Shown in pieces: positions 38,411 through 49,877 of a DNA stretch of 64,000 bases. The stretch's first letter is position 1, and every line of letters starts with the position of its first letter. The stretch is from a bacterium (GTDB lineage Bacteria > Bacillota_I > Bacilli_A > RFN20 > CAG-826), in the NCBI GenBank assembly GCA_963605025.1, contig CAVCSZ010000003.1:9201-73200 (forward strand). The letters are read 5' to 3'. A program made the position numbers and the translations under genes. The notes beneath the pieces were generated by a model. That model had not been told where the DNA came from, ran no database searches, and worked only from the letters and a program-made list of their open reading frames with translations.

Positions 38411-38524
38411 TTAACCTTGTCTTTGTTTATGCTTTGGGTTTGAACAGATGACCATAACTTTTCCGTGTCTTCTGATAACCTTGCATTTGTCACAAATAGG
38501 TTTTACTGAGGGTCTTACTTTCAT
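38411..38524 (-). CDS. rpmJ: 50S ribosomal protein L36
   Basis: 37-aa ORF not in the track ([23 protein letters not shown]..) between infA and rpsM, with an RBS AGGAGGAAA upstream. Confidence 0.85.
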   Translation of the reverse strand: MKVRPSVKPICDKCKVIRRHGKVMVICSNPKHKQRQG

Positions 38525-38546
38525 AATTTTTCCTCCTAATTTTAGA

Positions 38547-38765
38547 CTATTTTTGTCTAAATACAATTCTGCCATTGTTTAAATCATAAGGCGATAATTC
38601 AATGATTACTTTATCACCTGGTAAAATGCGAATGTAATGCATACGGATTTTACCAGAAACAGTGGCATGTATTACGCAATCATTTTCAAGCTTAACTTTA
38701 AAATTACAATTTGGTAAAGCTTCTACTACAACCGCCTCGACGGTTATTACATCTTGTTTTGCCAT
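38547..38765 (-). CDS. infA: Translation initiation factor IF-1
   Basis: 72 aa with an S1-like fold; sequence matches IF-1. Confidence 0.9.
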   Translation of the reverse strand: MAKQDVITVEAVVVEALPNCNFKVKLENDCVIHATVSGKIRMHYIRILPGDKVIIELSPYDLNNGRIVFRQK

Positions 38766-39532
38766 TAATTCTCTCCTTCTTTTTCTAAAGTGATGATTTC
38801 ATAGCCATCTTTAGTAACTACGACCGTATTCTCGTAGTGACTACATATTTTACCATCTTTTGTCTTTGCTGTCCAACCATCTTCCATAATTTCAACATAT
38901 TTTGTGCCGAGATTAACCATTGGTTCAATAGCAAGTGTCATGCCTTCTTGTAAAATAATTCCTGTTCCTCTTCTTCCTTGATTAGGAATATAAGGATCTT
39001 CATGAACTTCTCTTCCAACTCCATGACCTGTAAACATATCAGTTAAAGAATAACCTTCATGTTCTGCAACATATTGAATAGTTGCGCTTACATCTCCAAG
39101 ATGGATGCCTGGTTTGATAAGTTTTACTGCTTCGAAAAAAGCTTTTTCTGTAGTTTGAATTAACTTCATCGCTTCGTCAGTTACTTTACCAACCGGCCAA
39201 GTTCTTGCAGCATCTGTTGTATAGCCATTTAATGTAACAAGACAATCATATGTAACTATATCACCTTCTTTTAAGACGATTTTTTTAGAAGGGATGCCAT
39301 GAACTAAAGTATCATTAACACTGATACAAATGTTTCCAGGATATCCTTCATAATTTTTACTAGAAGGTATTGCGCCATGTTCAGCACAATACTTTCCAGC
39401 AATTTTATCAAGTTCAGCAGTTGAGATACCTGGGCGAGTTGCATCATGAAGAACTTTGTGAAGTCCAATCATAATTTCACCGCTTTTTTTCATTAAATCA
39501 ATTTCTCTTTTAGATTTAATTATTACTGCCAT
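38765..39532 (-). CDS. map: Methionine aminopeptidase type I
   Basis: Pita-bread fold with metal ligands (D..D..H..E..E pattern). Confidence 0.9.
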   Translation of the reverse strand: MAVIIKSKREIDLMKKSGEIMIGLHKVLHDATRPGISTAELDKIAGKYCAEHGAIPSSKNYEGYPGNICISVNDTLVHGIPSKKIVLKEGDIVTYDCLVTLNGYTTDAARTWPVGKVTDEAMKLIQTTEKAFFEAVKLIKPGIHLGDVSATIQYVAEHEGYSLTDMFTGHGVGREVHEDPYIPNQGRRGTGIILQEGMTLAIEPMVNLGTKYVEIMEDGWTAKTKDGKICSHYENTVVVTKDGYEIITLEKEGEN

Positions 39533-39534
39533 AA

Positions 39535-40182
39535 TTATTCCTTTACTAAATTTTCAATATCTTTAAAGATTTCATCAAGAGGTTTAACTCCATCGACATC
39601 ATGTAAGACATTTTCATTTGTATAAAATTTAATGAGTGGTTCTGTTTGTTTGTGATATTCATTTAAACGAGTTTTTAAAGCTTCTTCGTTATCGTCTTTT
39701 CTTTGAATAAGCTCTCCTCCACATAAATCACATTTTCCTTCAACTTTTGGTTTAAGATTTGAAATATGATATGGAGCACCACAACTCTTACAAACTCTTC
39801 TTCCACAAATTCTATCTTTTAAAACAGATTCAGGAACAAAGAGATTTATAACTAAATTAATGGAACGATCAATTTCGTTACCAATTTCTTTTAAAGCTTC
39901 TGCTTGTACAATAGTACGTGGGAAACCATCAAGAATAAATCCATTTTTACAATCTTCATTACTTAAACGTTCTTTAACTAATTTAATTGTAACTTCATCT
40001 GGAACAAGTAAGCCTTGATCTATATAAGATTTAGCTAATAATCCAGTTGGAGTTTCATTTTTAATTGCTTCTCTGAACATATCACCAGTTGAGATATGTG
40101 GTATTTTAAATTCACTAGCAACTTTTTTTGCATTAGTTCCTTTTCCAGCTCCAGGAGCTCCAAGAAAAATAATATTTTTCAT
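39535..40182 (-). CDS. adk: Adenylate kinase (zinc-lid type)
   Basis: GAPGAGKGT P-loop and a C..C..C..C lid. Confidence 0.9.
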   Translation of the reverse strand: MKNIIFLGAPGAGKGTNAKKVASEFKIPHISTGDMFREAIKNETPTGLLAKSYIDQGLLVPDEVTIKLVKERLSNEDCKNGFILDGFPRTIVQAEALKEIGNEIDRSINLVINLFVPESVLKDRICGRRVCKSCGAPYHISNLKPKVEGKCDLCGGELIQRKDDNEEALKTRLNEYHKQTEPLIKFYTNENVLHDVDGVKPLDEIFKDIENLVKE

Positions 40183-40184
40183 TA

Positions 40185-41528
40185 TTAAATTCCTCCAATA
40201 ACCTCATCATAACTCTTACCAGCAACTAATCCGCTAATTTGAGCATTTAATTCAAGTGCAACACCAACAACAATAATTAAACCAGTTCCACCAAGTGATA
40301 AAGAAGAATCGTTTCCAAATACACCTGTTAAAGTTAATACAACTGGTAAAGCAGCAATAAAGCAAAGTGCTAAAGCACCAATTAAGGTAACTCTATTTAA
40401 AACTTTTCTTACATACTTTTCAGTTTCAATACCTGGTCTAATACCTGGAATATAGCTACCATTCTTTTGGAAATTTTCAGCTAAATTTTCAGGATTGATT
40501 TGTAAGTTTGCATAAAAGAATGTAAACAAGAATATAAGTATAATATAAATGATTAATCCCCAAGGAATATAAACTCCACCAGTATTAACAAGTTGATTGT
40601 ATGAGAATACTTTTAACCATTCAGCATTTGCAGCATCAGATGATATAAATGAAGCAATAATTGAAGGAACCATTAATATTGAACTAGCAAAGATAACTGG
40701 GATAACACCAGCACTATTTACTTTAATTGGAAGGAATGAAGCCTTTGCTAATTTTTCATTTCCTCCACTTCTTGTTGATTGTTGTACAGGAATTTTTCTT
40801 CTAGATAATTCAATAAATACAACAAACGCAATAATTAAAATAAACGATAATATATAAAGTATGAATTGGAAAACACCTTTTGTAGTTTCGCTACTTCCTA
40901 AATTCCAATTAGTAACAACCCATTTATTGAAAGCTGTACCAATTTGATTTGGAAGTTGTGCAACGATACCAGCAAAAATAATTACTGAAATACCATTACC
41001 AATACCTTTAGATGTAATTTGATCACCAAGCCATAAAACAAGCATAGAACCACCAATCATAATTGAAATTACATATGCATATGTTAAGAAGTTATCTTCC
41101 ATTGTAAATGTAATCCAATCAGTGTTTTTAGCAGTTTGAATAATACCATATGCTTGAACTGCACTAATCATTAAAGATAAGTATCTAGTAGCCATTTCAG
41201 CTTTTTTACGACCATATTGCCCTTGACGGTTTAACTCAGTTAAAGCAGGTAATACATCCATAGATAACATTTGAATGATAATTTGTGCAGTAATATAAGG
41301 AGAAACACCTAAAGCAAATACTGAGAAATTACTTAAAGCACCACCACCTAATAAATTCATTAAGCTTAACATGTTGCTTGATTGAGAAATTTGATCAGTT
41401 AATGTAGAAGCGTCTACCCCTGGGACAGTGATTGCACTGCCTATTCTAAATACAAAAAGGATCATTATCGTAAAGAATATACGATTAACGACCTCTTTAT
41501 TTTTGAATATATCAATGAATTTCTTCAT
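40185..41528 (-). CDS. secY: Preprotein translocase subunit SecY
   Basis: Ten-transmembrane SecY pattern in the conserved position between rplO and adk. Confidence 0.9.
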   Translation of the reverse strand: MKKFIDIFKNKEVVNRIFFTIMILFVFRIGSAITVPGVDASTLTDQISQSSNMLSLMNLLGGGALSNFSVFALGVSPYITAQIIIQMLSMDVLPALTELNRQGQYGRKKAEMATRYLSLMISAVQAYGIIQTAKNTDWITFTMEDNFLTYAYVISIMIGGSMLVLWLGDQITSKGIGNGISVIIFAGIVAQLPNQIGTAFNKWVVTNWNLGSSETTKGVFQFILYILSFILIIAFVVFIELSRRKIPVQQSTRSGGNEKLAKASFLPIKVNSAGVIPVIFASSILMVPSIIASFISSDAANAEWLKVFSYNQLVNTGGVYIPWGLIIYIILIFLFTFFYANLQINPENLAENFQKNGSYIPGIRPGIETEKYVRKVLNRVTLIGALALCFIAALPVVLTLTGVFGNDSSLSLGGTGLIIVVGVALELNAQISGLVAGKSYDEVIGGI

Positions 41529-41550
41529 CTTTATATTTCCTTTTAGAAGA

Positions 41551-41991
41551 CTATTCGATTACCTCAGCCTTTCCACCGACTTTTTCGATACTAGCTAAAG
41601 CAGATTTAGAAAATTTATTAGCTTTAATAGTTAATTTAACTTTTAATTCACCATTTCCTAAAATTTTTAAACCGTCAAAATCTTTCTTAACTAATCCAGC
41701 TTCATGTAATGCTGTTAAATCAACAACACTACCAGCTTTAAAGTTATTTAAGTCTCCTACATTAACAGTAGCATATGTAATATGACCACCATTATGGAAT
41801 CCTCTTTTTGGTAAACGTCTGAATAATGGATTTTGTCCACCTTCAAAACCTAATCTAACGCCACCTCCACTTCTGGAGTTTTGACCTTTGCTTCCGCTAC
41901 CACCGTTTTTTCCTAAGCCAGAACCGATACCTCTGCATCTTCTGACTTTATCTTTTCTACTACCTGGAGTAGGTTTTAAGTTATTTAACAT
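41551..41991 (-). CDS. rplO: 50S ribosomal protein L15
   Basis: Matches L15. The track start at 41997 is GTG; an ATG at 41991 has a GGAGG RBS 8 nt upstream. Confidence 0.88.
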   Translation of the reverse strand: MLNNLKPTPGSRKDKVRRCRGIGSGLGKNGGSGSKGQNSRSGGGVRLGFEGGQNPLFRRLPKRGFHNGGHITYATVNVGDLNNFKAGSVVDLTALHEAGLVKKDFDGLKILGNGELKVKLTIKANKFSKSALASIEKVGGKAEVIE

Positions 41992-42598
41992 CTTCACTAC
42001 CTCCTTTTCTTAAGGACATAACACCTTTATAGTTCTTTACTGAACTTAAAGCATTATTTGTAGCTCTGATAACATTAATTTTAGTTCTACTTCCATAAAC
42101 TTTACTGTAAACGTTTTTAACGCCAGCTAATTCTAAAATAGATCTAACAGCACCACCAGCAATAATTCCAGTACCTTCATTAGCAGGTTTTAAGAATACT
42201 GAAGTAGCACCGAATTTACCAGTAACTTCATGAGCGATTGTTCCGTTTTTAACTAAATCAATCTTGAATAAGTTTCTTTTTGCTTTATCAACAGCTTTTT
42301 TGATTGCATCTGGGACTTCGCTTGATTTTCCAGTTCCAAATCCATATCTTCCTTTTCCATCACCAATAACTACTAAAGCAGCAAATTTCATTCTTTTACC
42401 ACCTTTAACAACTTTAGTGACTCTGTTAATACTAACAACTCTTTCTTCAAATTCTTTTGGTTCGCTAGCTTTACGTGGTTTACGATCAAATTTCTTACCA
42501 CCTTTATTAGCGCCGCCTTTTACAGGAGCTTTTGTAGCTTTATTGTCATTAGAAGCAACAGCTTCTTTAACTTCATTTGTTTTTAATTCTTCTGCCAT
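41981..42598 (-). CDS. rpsE: 30S ribosomal protein S5 with a lysine-rich N-terminal extension
   Basis: The S5 core ([27 protein letters not shown]) is preceded by about 35 extra residues. It overlaps rplO, with no rpmD (L30) gene between them. Confidence 0.9.
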   Translation of the reverse strand: MAEELKTNEVKEAVASNDNKATKAPVKGGANKGGKKFDRKPRKASEPKEFEERVVSINRVTKVVKGGKRMKFAALVVIGDGKGRYGFGTGKSSEVPDAIKKAVDKAKRNLFKIDLVKNGTIAHEVTGKFGATSVFLKPANEGTGIIAGGAVRSILELAGVKNVYSKVYGSRTKINVIRATNNALSSVKNYKGVMSLRKGGSEDVK

Positions 42599-42607
42599 AA
42601 TAACTCC

Positions 42608-42964
42608 TTAGAATTTAAGACCACCTTCACGAGCGCCTTCAGCAACTGCTTTAACACGTCCGTGATAGACATAACCGCCTCTATCGAAAACAACTTTTTC
42701 AATTCCACTTGCTAAAGCTTTTTTAGCAATGTCGTTTCCAACTTTTGTAGCAGCTTCAATATTATTTCCTCTTTCGAGTTTTAATTGTTCACTGCTTGAT
42801 GAGCAAAGTGTAACACCTTTTGTATCATCGATAACTTGAACTTCAATGTTCTTGTTTGATCTAAATACACATAAACGTGGGCAATCAGAAGTACCACTGA
42901 TTTTTTCTCTGACTCTTTGATGTTTTCTTAATCTAACTTCATTTTTATCAATAGATTTAATCAT
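42608..42964 (-). CDS. rplR: 50S ribosomal protein L18
   Basis: Sequence matches L18. Confidence 0.9.
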   Translation of the reverse strand: MIKSIDKNEVRLRKHQRVREKISGTSDCPRLCVFRSNKNIEVQVIDDTKGVTLCSSSSEQLKLERGNNIEAATKVGNDIAKKALASGIEKVVFDRGGYVYHGRVKAVAEGAREGGLKF

Positions 42965-42978
42965 ATTTTTCCTCCTAA

Positions 42979-43539
42979 TTATTTACCAGCACGTTTACCT
43001 TCTTTACGAAGAATGTGCTCACCTTGATATTTAACACCTTTACCTTTATATGGTTCAGGTCTTCTCTTTTCTCTAATTAAAGCTGCTGTTTGACCAACTT
43101 TAAATTTATCTTGTCCAGAAACTTCAATAATTCCGTTAACATCTTTATTTTTAGATTCAATGACTTTAATTGTAACACCAGGAAGTGGTGAAACTGTAAT
43201 AGTATGTGAATAACCTAATGATAAGACAACGTCATTACCTTTCATTTCAGCGTGGTAACCAATACCAACGATTTCTAAAACTTTTTTATAACCTTCTGTA
43301 CAACCAACAATAGCGTTATTAATTAAAGCTCTTGTTGTACCATGTAATTGTTTAGTGTGTTTTTCTTCATTGTTTCTAGTAACTTTAACGTTTCCATCTT
43401 CAATTTCAACATTAATTAAATTTTTATCAAAACTGATTTTGTCTTCGCCGTTTTTACCTTTAATTAAAACAACACCATCTTCAACTTTTACTTCAACTCC
43501 ATTAACAATAGGAATTAATTTATTACCAATACGTGACAT
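42979..43539 (-). CDS. rplF: 50S ribosomal protein L6
   Basis: Sequence matches L6. Confidence 0.9.
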   Translation of the reverse strand: MSRIGNKLIPIVNGVEVKVEDGVVLIKGKNGEDKISFDKNLINVEIEDGNVKVTRNNEEKHTKQLHGTTRALINNAIVGCTEGYKKVLEIVGIGYHAEMKGNDVVLSLGYSHTITVSPLPGVTIKVIESKNKDVNGIIEVSGQDKFKVGQTAALIREKRRPEPYKGKGVKYQGEHILRKEGKRAGK

Positions 43540-43557
43540 AAATTGTAATTCTCCTTA

Positions 43558-43956
43558 TTAATAGACAAAGCAAATAACTTCACCACCGACATTAGCTTTT
43601 CTAGCTTGTTTGTCTGTTAATAAGCCTTTGCTTGTTGATAAAATAGCAATACCCATTCCTTTTAAAACATATGGAATATGATTACTATCACAGTTAACAC
43701 GTAAACCTGGTTTTGAAATTCTTCTTAATCCAGTAATAACTTTTTCTCCGTGTTCACCATATTTTAAGACGATAACTAATTCTTTTTTAACATCGTCAAT
43801 TTTCTTTTCTTCATAAGAAGAAATGAATCCTTCTTCTAAAAGAATTTTAGAAATACCAACTTTTAATTTACTAGAAGGCATTGAGACGCTTTCATGTTTT
43901 AAAGCGTTAGCATTTCTAATTCTTGTAAGCATATCTGCAATTGGATCTTGATGCAT
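43558..43956 (-). CDS. rpsH: 30S ribosomal protein S8
   Basis: Sequence matches S8. Confidence 0.9.
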   Translation of the reverse strand: MHQDPIADMLTRIRNANALKHESVSMPSSKLKVGISKILLEEGFISSYEEKKIDDVKKELVIVLKYGEHGEKVITGLRRISKPGLRVNCDSNHIPYVLKGMGIAILSTSKGLLTDKQARKANVGGEVICFVY

Positions 43957-43975
43957 TATTTTTACCTCCTAATAA

Positions 43976-44161
43976 TTACCATGAAGCCTTTTTCATGCCT
44001 GGGATTTCGCCTTTATAAGCGAGTTCTCTTAAGCAAATTCTACAAAGGCCAAATTTTGAATAAACAGCATGAGGTCTACCACATCTTTTACAACGTGTAT
44101 ATTCTCTTACTTTAAATTTTTGAGGTCTAGATTGTTTGACTTTTAAACTTGTTTTTGCCAT
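43976..44161 (-). CDS. rpsZ: 30S ribosomal protein S14, type Z (zinc-binding, 61 aa)
   Basis: CKRCGR..C..C zinc ribbon; short form of S14. Confidence 0.9.
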   Translation of the reverse strand: MAKTSLKVKQSRPQKFKVREYTRCKRCGRPHAVYSKFGLCRICLRELAYKGEIPGMKKASW

Positions 44162-44172
44162 ACTTCTATCTC

Positions 44173-44772
44173 CTATCTATTGAAAGGCATGCCTAATTCT
44201 TTTAACAATGCATATGCTTCTTCATCAGTAGCAGCAGTTGTTACAATAATTATATCCATACCTCTTACTTTTCCAACTTTATCATAATCGATTTCTGGGA
44301 AAATAAGTTGTTCTTTAATACCTAAAGTGTAGTTTCCTCTACCATCAAAGGAATTTTTATTAACACCTCTGAAATCTCTAACACGTGGAAGAGAAATAGA
44401 AACAAGTTTATCGAAGAATTCATACATTCTTGTTCCTCTTAAAGTAACTTTACAACCAATAGGTTCGCCTTCTCTTAATTTGAATGTAGCAATTGATTTT
44501 TTAGCTTTTGTAACAACTGGTTTTTGACCAGAGATTAAGCCTAATTCTTCAACAGCTTCATCAATTCTTTTTTTATCACTTGTAGCATCTCCAACACCAA
44601 TATTGATAACAATTTTATCTAAGTGTGGAACTTGCATAATGTTTTTATATTCGAATTTTTTCATTAAATTAGAAACTATTTCTTCTTTATATTTAATTTC
44701 TAATCTTGTTTTGTTATTAGAAGCCATAGGAGCTTCTGTTTTAACAGTTTTCTTTGTTTTTGTTTCTGCCAT
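44173..44772 (-). CDS. rplE: 50S ribosomal protein L5 (possible ~15-20 aa N-terminal extension)
   Basis: L5 core from RLEIKYKEE onward. An alternative start lies at the internal M16. Confidence 0.88.
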   Translation of the reverse strand: MAETKTKKTVKTEAPMASNNKTRLEIKYKEEIVSNLMKKFEYKNIMQVPHLDKIVINIGVGDATSDKKRIDEAVEELGLISGQKPVVTKAKKSIATFKLREGEPIGCKVTLRGTRMYEFFDKLVSISLPRVRDFRGVNKNSFDGRGNYTLGIKEQLIFPEIDYDKVGKVRGMDIIIVTTAATDEEAYALLKELGMPFNR

Positions 44773-44783
44773 AACTGATCCTC

Positions 44784-45095
44784 CTAGTCAACTACTTTAT
44801 TGCTTTTTTTAGCAATTCTTACTTTTTCGCCATCTTTATTAACAGAATAGCCAAGTCTTGTTCCTTTTTTAGATTTTTCATCATAGAACATAACTTTACT
44901 AGCATCAAGTGGAGCATAAATTTCAACAATGCTACCTTCTGGATTTGCTTGTGAAGGTTTAACATGTTTTTTCTTAACATTAATTCCTTCAACAACAACT
45001 TTATTTAAAGAAGGATAAGCTTTTTGGATAACTCCAGTTTTTCCTTTATCTTTACCTGAGATAACGATAACTTTATCACCTTTTTTAAGTTTCAT
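44784..45095 (-). CDS. rplX: 50S ribosomal protein L24
   Basis: KKGDKV KOW motif. Confidence 0.9.
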   Translation of the reverse strand: MKLKKGDKVIVISGKDKGKTGVIQKAYPSLNKVVVEGINVKKKHVKPSQANPEGSIVEIYAPLDASKVMFYDEKSKKGTRLGYSVNKDGEKVRIAKKSNKVVD

Positions 45096-45107
45096 ATCTA
45101 TCTCCTC

Positions 45108-45482
45108 TTATAAGACTTCTGGTGCTAAAGAGACTATTTTCATATAAGCTTCATCTCTATCACGAAGTTCACGAGCAACAGGGCCAAATACACGAGTACC
45201 AACTGGTGTTTTATCTTCATTAATAATAACACAAGCGTTGTCATCAAATTTAATAACAGAACCATCTTTTCTTTCGATTGGATAGCTTTGTCTAACGATA
45301 ACAGCTTTGACTACATCACTCTTTTTAACTTTACCGTTTGGGATAGCATCTTTGACTGCACAAAGAACGATATCACCAACACCTGCTGATTTTTTATGGC
45401 TTCCACCATAAATTCTAAATACACGAACGACTCTAGCGCCGGAGTTATCAGCAACTTTTAAATTTGTTTCTGTTTGTACCAT
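45108..45482 (-). CDS. rplN: 50S ribosomal protein L14
   Basis: [11 protein letters not shown] motif. Confidence 0.92.
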   Translation of the reverse strand: MVQTETNLKVADNSGARVVRVFRIYGGSHKKSAGVGDIVLCAVKDAIPNGKVKKSDVVKAVIVRQSYPIERKDGSVIKFDDNACVIINEDKTPVGTRVFGPVARELRDRDEAYMKIVSLAPEVL

Positions 45483-45484
45483 AA

Positions 45485-45802
45485 CTATTCTCCTTTTGCT
45501 TCATCATCATGTAAGGCTTTTTCAACCTCTTTTTCTTCTAATACTTTAATTGATTCAACAGCTTTTTTATCAACTGAGACTAATGTAAATCTCTTTAAAG
45601 CACTTAAAGGTCTACATTCAGAAATTGTAACTGTATCACCTACATGAGCAATTTCATTTTCATCATGTGCATAATATTTAGCACGATATTGAACTCTCTT
45701 TTGATATTTAGAATGTTTTTTATAACCTGTTAATTCAACAACAATTGTTTTAGGAGCTTTATCTGAAACGACAACACCTTGAATTTTTCTTCTGTGATCC
45801 AT
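45485..45802 (-). CDS. rpsQ: 30S ribosomal protein S17 with an acidic C-terminal extension
   Basis: S17 core plus about 18 extra C-terminal residues. Confidence 0.9.
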   Translation of the reverse strand: MDHRRKIQGVVVSDKAPKTIVVELTGYKKHSKYQKRVQYRAKYYAHDENEIAHVGDTVTISECRPLSALKRFTLVSVDKKAVESIKVLEEKEVEKALHDDEAKGE

Positions 45803-45803
45803 A

Positions 45804-46007
45804 TTACTTCTCCTTAACTCCTAATTCTCTTTCTTTTAAAACTGTATAGATACGAGCAATGTCTTTTCTAACTCTTTTAATTTCAGACATATTTTCGAGT
45901 TGTCCAACAGCTTTTTTTCTACGAAGATTAAATAATTCTTCTTTTAATGAATAAATTTTATCATTTAATTGTTCGCTAGAAAGTTCTCTAACTTCACTAA
46001 TTTTCAT
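45804..46007 (-). CDS. rpmC: 50S ribosomal protein L29
   Basis: Sequence matches L29. Confidence 0.9.
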   Translation of the reverse strand: MKISEVRELSSEQLNDKIYSLKEELFNLRRKKAVGQLENMSEIKRVRKDIARIYTVLKERELGVKEK

Positions 46008-46009
46008 TA

Positions 46010-46423
46010 CTATTTAACCTCCTTTTTAACTATACGAGTTTTAATTGGTAATTTATAAGCAGCCATTTCTAATGCATGAATAGCATCAGCTTCTGGAACT
46101 CCACCAATTTCAAATAAAACTCTATTCTTTTTAACTACTGCGACCCAGTATTCTGGATTACCTTTACCACTACCCATACGGACTTCAGCAGGTTTTTTAG
46201 TTTTTGCTAAATGTGGGAAGATTCTAATCCAAACTTGTCCTTGTCTTTTTGTATAACGAGATAAGACAACACGGCAAGCTTCAATTTGTCTATCACTGAC
46301 ATAATTACCAGTAACAGCTTGTAAGCCATATTCACCAAAGCTTACTTCATTTCCAGCTTTTGATAAACCTTCGTATTTAATAATATGAGGTCTTCTATAT
46401 TTAACTCTCTTTGGTTGTAACAT
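46010..46423 (-). CDS. rplP: 50S ribosomal protein L16
   Basis: [11 protein letters not shown] start. Confidence 0.92.
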   Translation of the reverse strand: MLQPKRVKYRRPHIIKYEGLSKAGNEVSFGEYGLQAVTGNYVSDRQIEACRVVLSRYTKRQGQVWIRIFPHLAKTKKPAEVRMGSGKGNPEYWVAVVKKNRVLFEIGGVPEADAIHALEMAAYKLPIKTRIVKKEVK

Positions 46424-46425
46424 AG

Positions 46426-47136
46426 TTATTCTCCTTTATTATCATTAGAAGCTTTTACATTACGAGGTTTAATTTCTTTATCACCACGGCAAATCCAAAC
46501 TTTAACGCCTAATTTACCATATGTAGTCATAGCTTCTCTATGAGCATAATCAATATCACTCTTTAAAGTGTTGATTGCCATAGTACCATCTTTGTAACCT
46601 TCTGTTCTAGCGATATCAGCTCCAGCAAGTCTTCCGCTAACTGCAGTTTTAATACCTTTAGCACCTGCTTTTCTAACATCTTGAATAGCTCTTTTTTGAA
46701 CAATTCTGAAGCTAGCACGATCTTCTAATTGTCTACAAATTTTATTTGCAACAATTGTAGCATCTAATGAAGGTTGTTTAACATCTACTAAATCAATTCT
46801 GATTTCTGTTTTTTTATCAGATAATAATTTTAAGATATTTTTTCTTAATTCTTCGATAGATTTTTTGCCATCTTTTCCTAAGACAACACCAGCTCTACCA
46901 ACGAAGATAAATAATCTTAATAAATGTGTAATTTCTTTATCATTACCTTTTTTCTTTCTTTCGATTTCAACGTGAGAAAGTAATGCATCTTTAGCGATAG
47001 CTTTTTCTAAATAATTACGAATTTTATTATCTTCTAATAAGAAAGTAGAAAATTCTTTATCATTAGCAAACCATCTTGAGTTCCAGTTTTTATTAAGACC
47101 AATTCTCATTCCTACTGGATTAACTTTTTGACCCAT
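46426..47136 (-). CDS. rpsC: 30S ribosomal protein S3
   Basis: [13 protein letters not shown] start with KH domain. Confidence 0.92.
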   Translation of the reverse strand: MGQKVNPVGMRIGLNKNWNSRWFANDKEFSTFLLEDNKIRNYLEKAIAKDALLSHVEIERKKKGNDKEITHLLRLFIFVGRAGVVLGKDGKKSIEELRKNILKLLSDKKTEIRIDLVDVKQPSLDATIVANKICRQLEDRASFRIVQKRAIQDVRKAGAKGIKTAVSGRLAGADIARTEGYKDGTMAINTLKSDIDYAHREAMTTYGKLGVKVWICRGDKEIKPRNVKASNDNKGE

Positions 47137-47153
47137 GTATTTCCTCCTCCTTA

Positions 47154-47687
47154 TTATTTAGATTCTTTTAATGTTACATAAACATTTGAGAATCTTTTTA
47201 CTAATCCTGAAGCACTTCCTTTAGCTCTTGGAAGATATCTTCTCATTTTGAATGAATCACTTGCTTGGATTGAAGCAATATATAATTTATCAGCATTCAT
47301 ATTGAAGTTGTTAACTGCGTTTGCAGCTGCTGATTTAATTAATTTAGCAACACCACTAGCAGCATCTTTGTGAGTAACTGATAATAAAGCTAATGCTTCA
47401 TTAACAGATTTTCCTCTAACTAAATCTAAGACTAATCTAACTTTTCTTGGAGTTGCTTTTAATCCTAAAACTTTAGCTGTAGCTTCTGTTCTAACATTTT
47501 TATTTTCAATAACTTCAACTTTCTTTTCGACTTTCTTTTCGACTTTCTTTTCACTAGAAGCTTTTTTAGCTTTTGGGCTAGCTGCTTTTTTTGCAGGAGC
47601 TTTTGTAGCTTTTGTGCTTGCTGCTTTTTTTGCAGGAGCTTTTTTAGTTTCTTTTGCTTCTGTAACTTCTTTTTTTACATTTGCCAT
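47154..47687 (-). CDS. rplV: 50S ribosomal protein L22 with a ~60-aa Lys/Ala-rich repetitive N-terminal extension
   Basis: L22 core from EATAKVLGLKATPRKVRLVLDLVRGK. It is preceded by KKAASTKATKAPAKKAASPKAKKAS and KKVEKKVEKKVE repeats. Confidence 0.9.
   Translation of the reverse strand: MANVKKEVTEAKETKKAPAKKAASTKATKAPAKKAASPKAKKASSEKKVEKKVEKKVEVIENKNVRTEATAKVLGLKATPRKVRLVLDLVRGKSVNEALALLSVTHKDAASGVAKLIKSAAANAVNNFNMNADKLYIASIQASDSFKMRRYLPRAKGSASGLVKRFSNVYVTLKESK
47500..47660. repeat. Short tandem DNA repeats (12-bp ttcttttcgact x3 and a ~40-bp duplicated unit) encoding the L22 N-terminal KA-rich tail
   Basis: Repeats are directly visible in the sequence. Confidence 0.7.
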
Positions 47688-47708
47688 ATTCTATTAACCT
47701 CTGACGAA

Positions 47709-48014
47709 CTATTTAACACCAGCAGCAGCTTTTGCAGCAGCTTTGTCTTCAGCGTTATTTCCAAAGTGACCTTTGAAAGTTCTTGTTGGAGCAAATTCAC
47801 CTAATTTATGACCGACCATATCTTCAGTAACATAAACAGTGATAAATGCGTGACCATTGTAAACAGCGAAGGTGTGACCAACGAAATCTGGGAAAATTGT
47901 ACTTCTTCTTGACCATGTTTTAATAACAGTCTTTTTATTTGATTCGTTTAATTTTTGAACTTTATTCATTAAGCTTTCATCAACGAATGGACCTTTCTTT
48001 AAACTACGTGACAT
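47709..48014 (-). CDS. rpsS: 30S ribosomal protein S19
   Basis: [10 protein letters not shown] start. The ATG at 48014 has a GGAGGGA RBS with correct spacing; the first ATG of the track ORF (48020) is too close to the SD. Confidence 0.9.
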   Translation of the reverse strand: MSRSLKKGPFVDESLMNKVQKLNESNKKTVIKTWSRRSTIFPDFVGHTFAVYNGHAFITVYVTEDMVGHKLGEFAPTRTFKGHFGNNAEDKAAAKAAAGVK

Positions 48015-48029
48015 GAACATTCCCTCCTA

Positions 48030-48863
48030 CTATTTACCATTTCTTCTTCTTACAATTAATTTAGAAGAAGCTTTTTTATTATCTCTTGTCTTAACACCAA
48101 GTGCTCTTTTACCCCATGGAGTACGTGGAGCATCTCTACCGACAGGACATTTACCTTCACCACCACCGTGAGGGTGATCTGTTGGGTTCATAGCGCTACC
48201 TCTAACAGTAGGACGAATACCCATACCTCTAGTTTTACCAGCTTTACCTAAATTGACAAGGTTGTAATCTTCATTACCAACAATACCAATTGTAGCTTTA
48301 CATTCACCTAAGAATTTACGTGTTTCACCACTTTGTAATCTTAAGATAACGTATTTACCTTCTTTACCTAAGATTTGAGCTGAACAACCAGCACTACGGC
48401 AAACTTGGCCACCTTTTCCAGGTTTTAATTCAACGTTATGAACGAATGTACCTTCTGGGATATTTTTTAATAAACAAGCATTACCATTTAAGATATCGAC
48501 TGTTTCTCCAGAAACAATTTTATCACCAACTTTTAATCCAGTAGGTTGTAAAATGTATCTTTTTTCACCATCTAAATAGTGAACTAATGCAATATGAGCA
48601 TTTCTATTTGGATCATACTCAATAGCTGCAATTTTTCCAACGACTCCGTCTTTATCTCTTTTAAAATCGATAATTCTGTATTTAACTTTGTTTCCTCCAC
48701 CAATGTGACGGCAAGTAATAACACCTTGATTATTTCTACCACCAGATTTTTTAAGAGTAACAACTAAACTTTTTTCAGGAGCCTTTTTTGTTAATCCTTC
48801 ATTACTTAAGACAACCATTTGTCTTCTTGAAGGAGTGTATGGCTTATATGTTTTAACTGACAT
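48030..48863 (-). CDS. rplB: 50S ribosomal protein L2
   Basis: Sequence matches L2. Confidence 0.92.
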   Translation of the reverse strand: MSVKTYKPYTPSRRQMVVLSNEGLTKKAPEKSLVVTLKKSGGRNNQGVITCRHIGGGNKVKYRIIDFKRDKDGVVGKIAAIEYDPNRNAHIALVHYLDGEKRYILQPTGLKVGDKIVSGETVDILNGNACLLKNIPEGTFVHNVELKPGKGGQVCRSAGCSAQILGKEGKYVILRLQSGETRKFLGECKATIGIVGNEDYNLVNLGKAGKTRGMGIRPTVRGSAMNPTDHPHGGGEGKCPVGRDAPRTPWGKRALGVKTRDNKKASSKLIVRRRNGK

Positions 48864-48892
48864 ATTCTTTTTTTCTCCTATATATAAGTTAG

Positions 48893-49237
48893 CTATTCAG
48901 CAAATAAATTAATAGTTTGGTCTTTCTTTAAAGTAACAATAGCTTTTTTATATCCACTTAATGTTCCTTTAAAACGACTTCCTCTACTTACCTTTTTAGC
49001 TATAACATTAGAAACTCTAATGCTTTCAACTTTAACGTTGTAAATTCTTTCGATAGCATTTCTAATTTGAACTTTATTGCTATCTTTTTTAACTTTGAAT
49101 GCAAATTTATTTGATTCTTGTGATTGAGTCATTGTTTTTTCTGTAATAATTGGTTCAATGATGCAATCGAAATCACTAATTGTAGTTTTTGCTGAAACGT
49201 TTGTAACGACTTCAGTTTTTGCTTCTTTCTTTGCCAT
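48893..49237 (-). CDS. rplW: 50S ribosomal protein L23
   Basis: Sequence matches L23. Confidence 0.88.
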   Translation of the reverse strand: MAKKEAKTEVVTNVSAKTTISDFDCIIEPIITEKTMTQSQESNKFAFKVKKDSNKVQIRNAIERIYNVKVESIRVSNVIAKKVSRGSRFKGTLSGYKKAIVTLKKDQTINLFAE

Positions 49238-49860
49238 TATTTGAGTGCCTCCTCAATTTTCTTAACGTCGCTTTCTAACATAATAACTTTTTCAGCGTTC
49301 ATTAAATCATAAACTGAAATGTTATCATATCCTCTATAGTTAATATTTTCTAAGTTATTGCTTGCTTGCATAACTTTTGTATCATCAGTAATTAATAATA
49401 CTTTTGAATCATTAACTTTTAAAGCATTTAAAACGCTAACAACTTCTTTTGTTTTACCTTCAACTGATAAGCTATTTAAGACAACTAAATCTTTTTTAGC
49501 TTTTAAGGATAAAGCACCTTTTAAAGCTAATTGATGTTCTTTCTTATTTTGCTTAATTTTGAAGTTTTGAACTCCTGTAGGACCAAAGACTGTTCCTCCA
49601 CCAACCCAAATAGGTGATCTTGTTGAACCAGCTCTTGCTCTACCTGTACCTTTTTGTCTCCAAGGTTTTCTTCCACCACCTGAAACTTCAAATCTCTTTT
49701 TAGTTTTAGCAGTTGCTTGTCTTCTATTTGCTAAATATGTTAATACTGCATCAAAGATAACTTGTTCATTAACTTCAACACCAAATACATCTTTAGAAAC
49801 TTCTAATGTAGAAACTTCTTCACCAGTTTGTGAATAAACTTTTAATTTTAAATTACTCAT
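49237..49860 (-). CDS. rplD: 50S ribosomal protein L4
   Basis: Sequence matches L4. Confidence 0.9.
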   Translation of the reverse strand: MSNLKLKVYSQTGEEVSTLEVSKDVFGVEVNEQVIFDAVLTYLANRRQATAKTKKRFEVSGGGRKPWRQKGTGRARAGSTRSPIWVGGGTVFGPTGVQNFKIKQNKKEHQLALKGALSLKAKKDLVVLNSLSVEGKTKEVVSVLNALKVNDSKVLLITDDTKVMQASNNLENINYRGYDNISVYDLMNAEKVIMLESDVKKIEEALK

Positions 49861-49877
49861 AACTAATCTCCTTTCTA

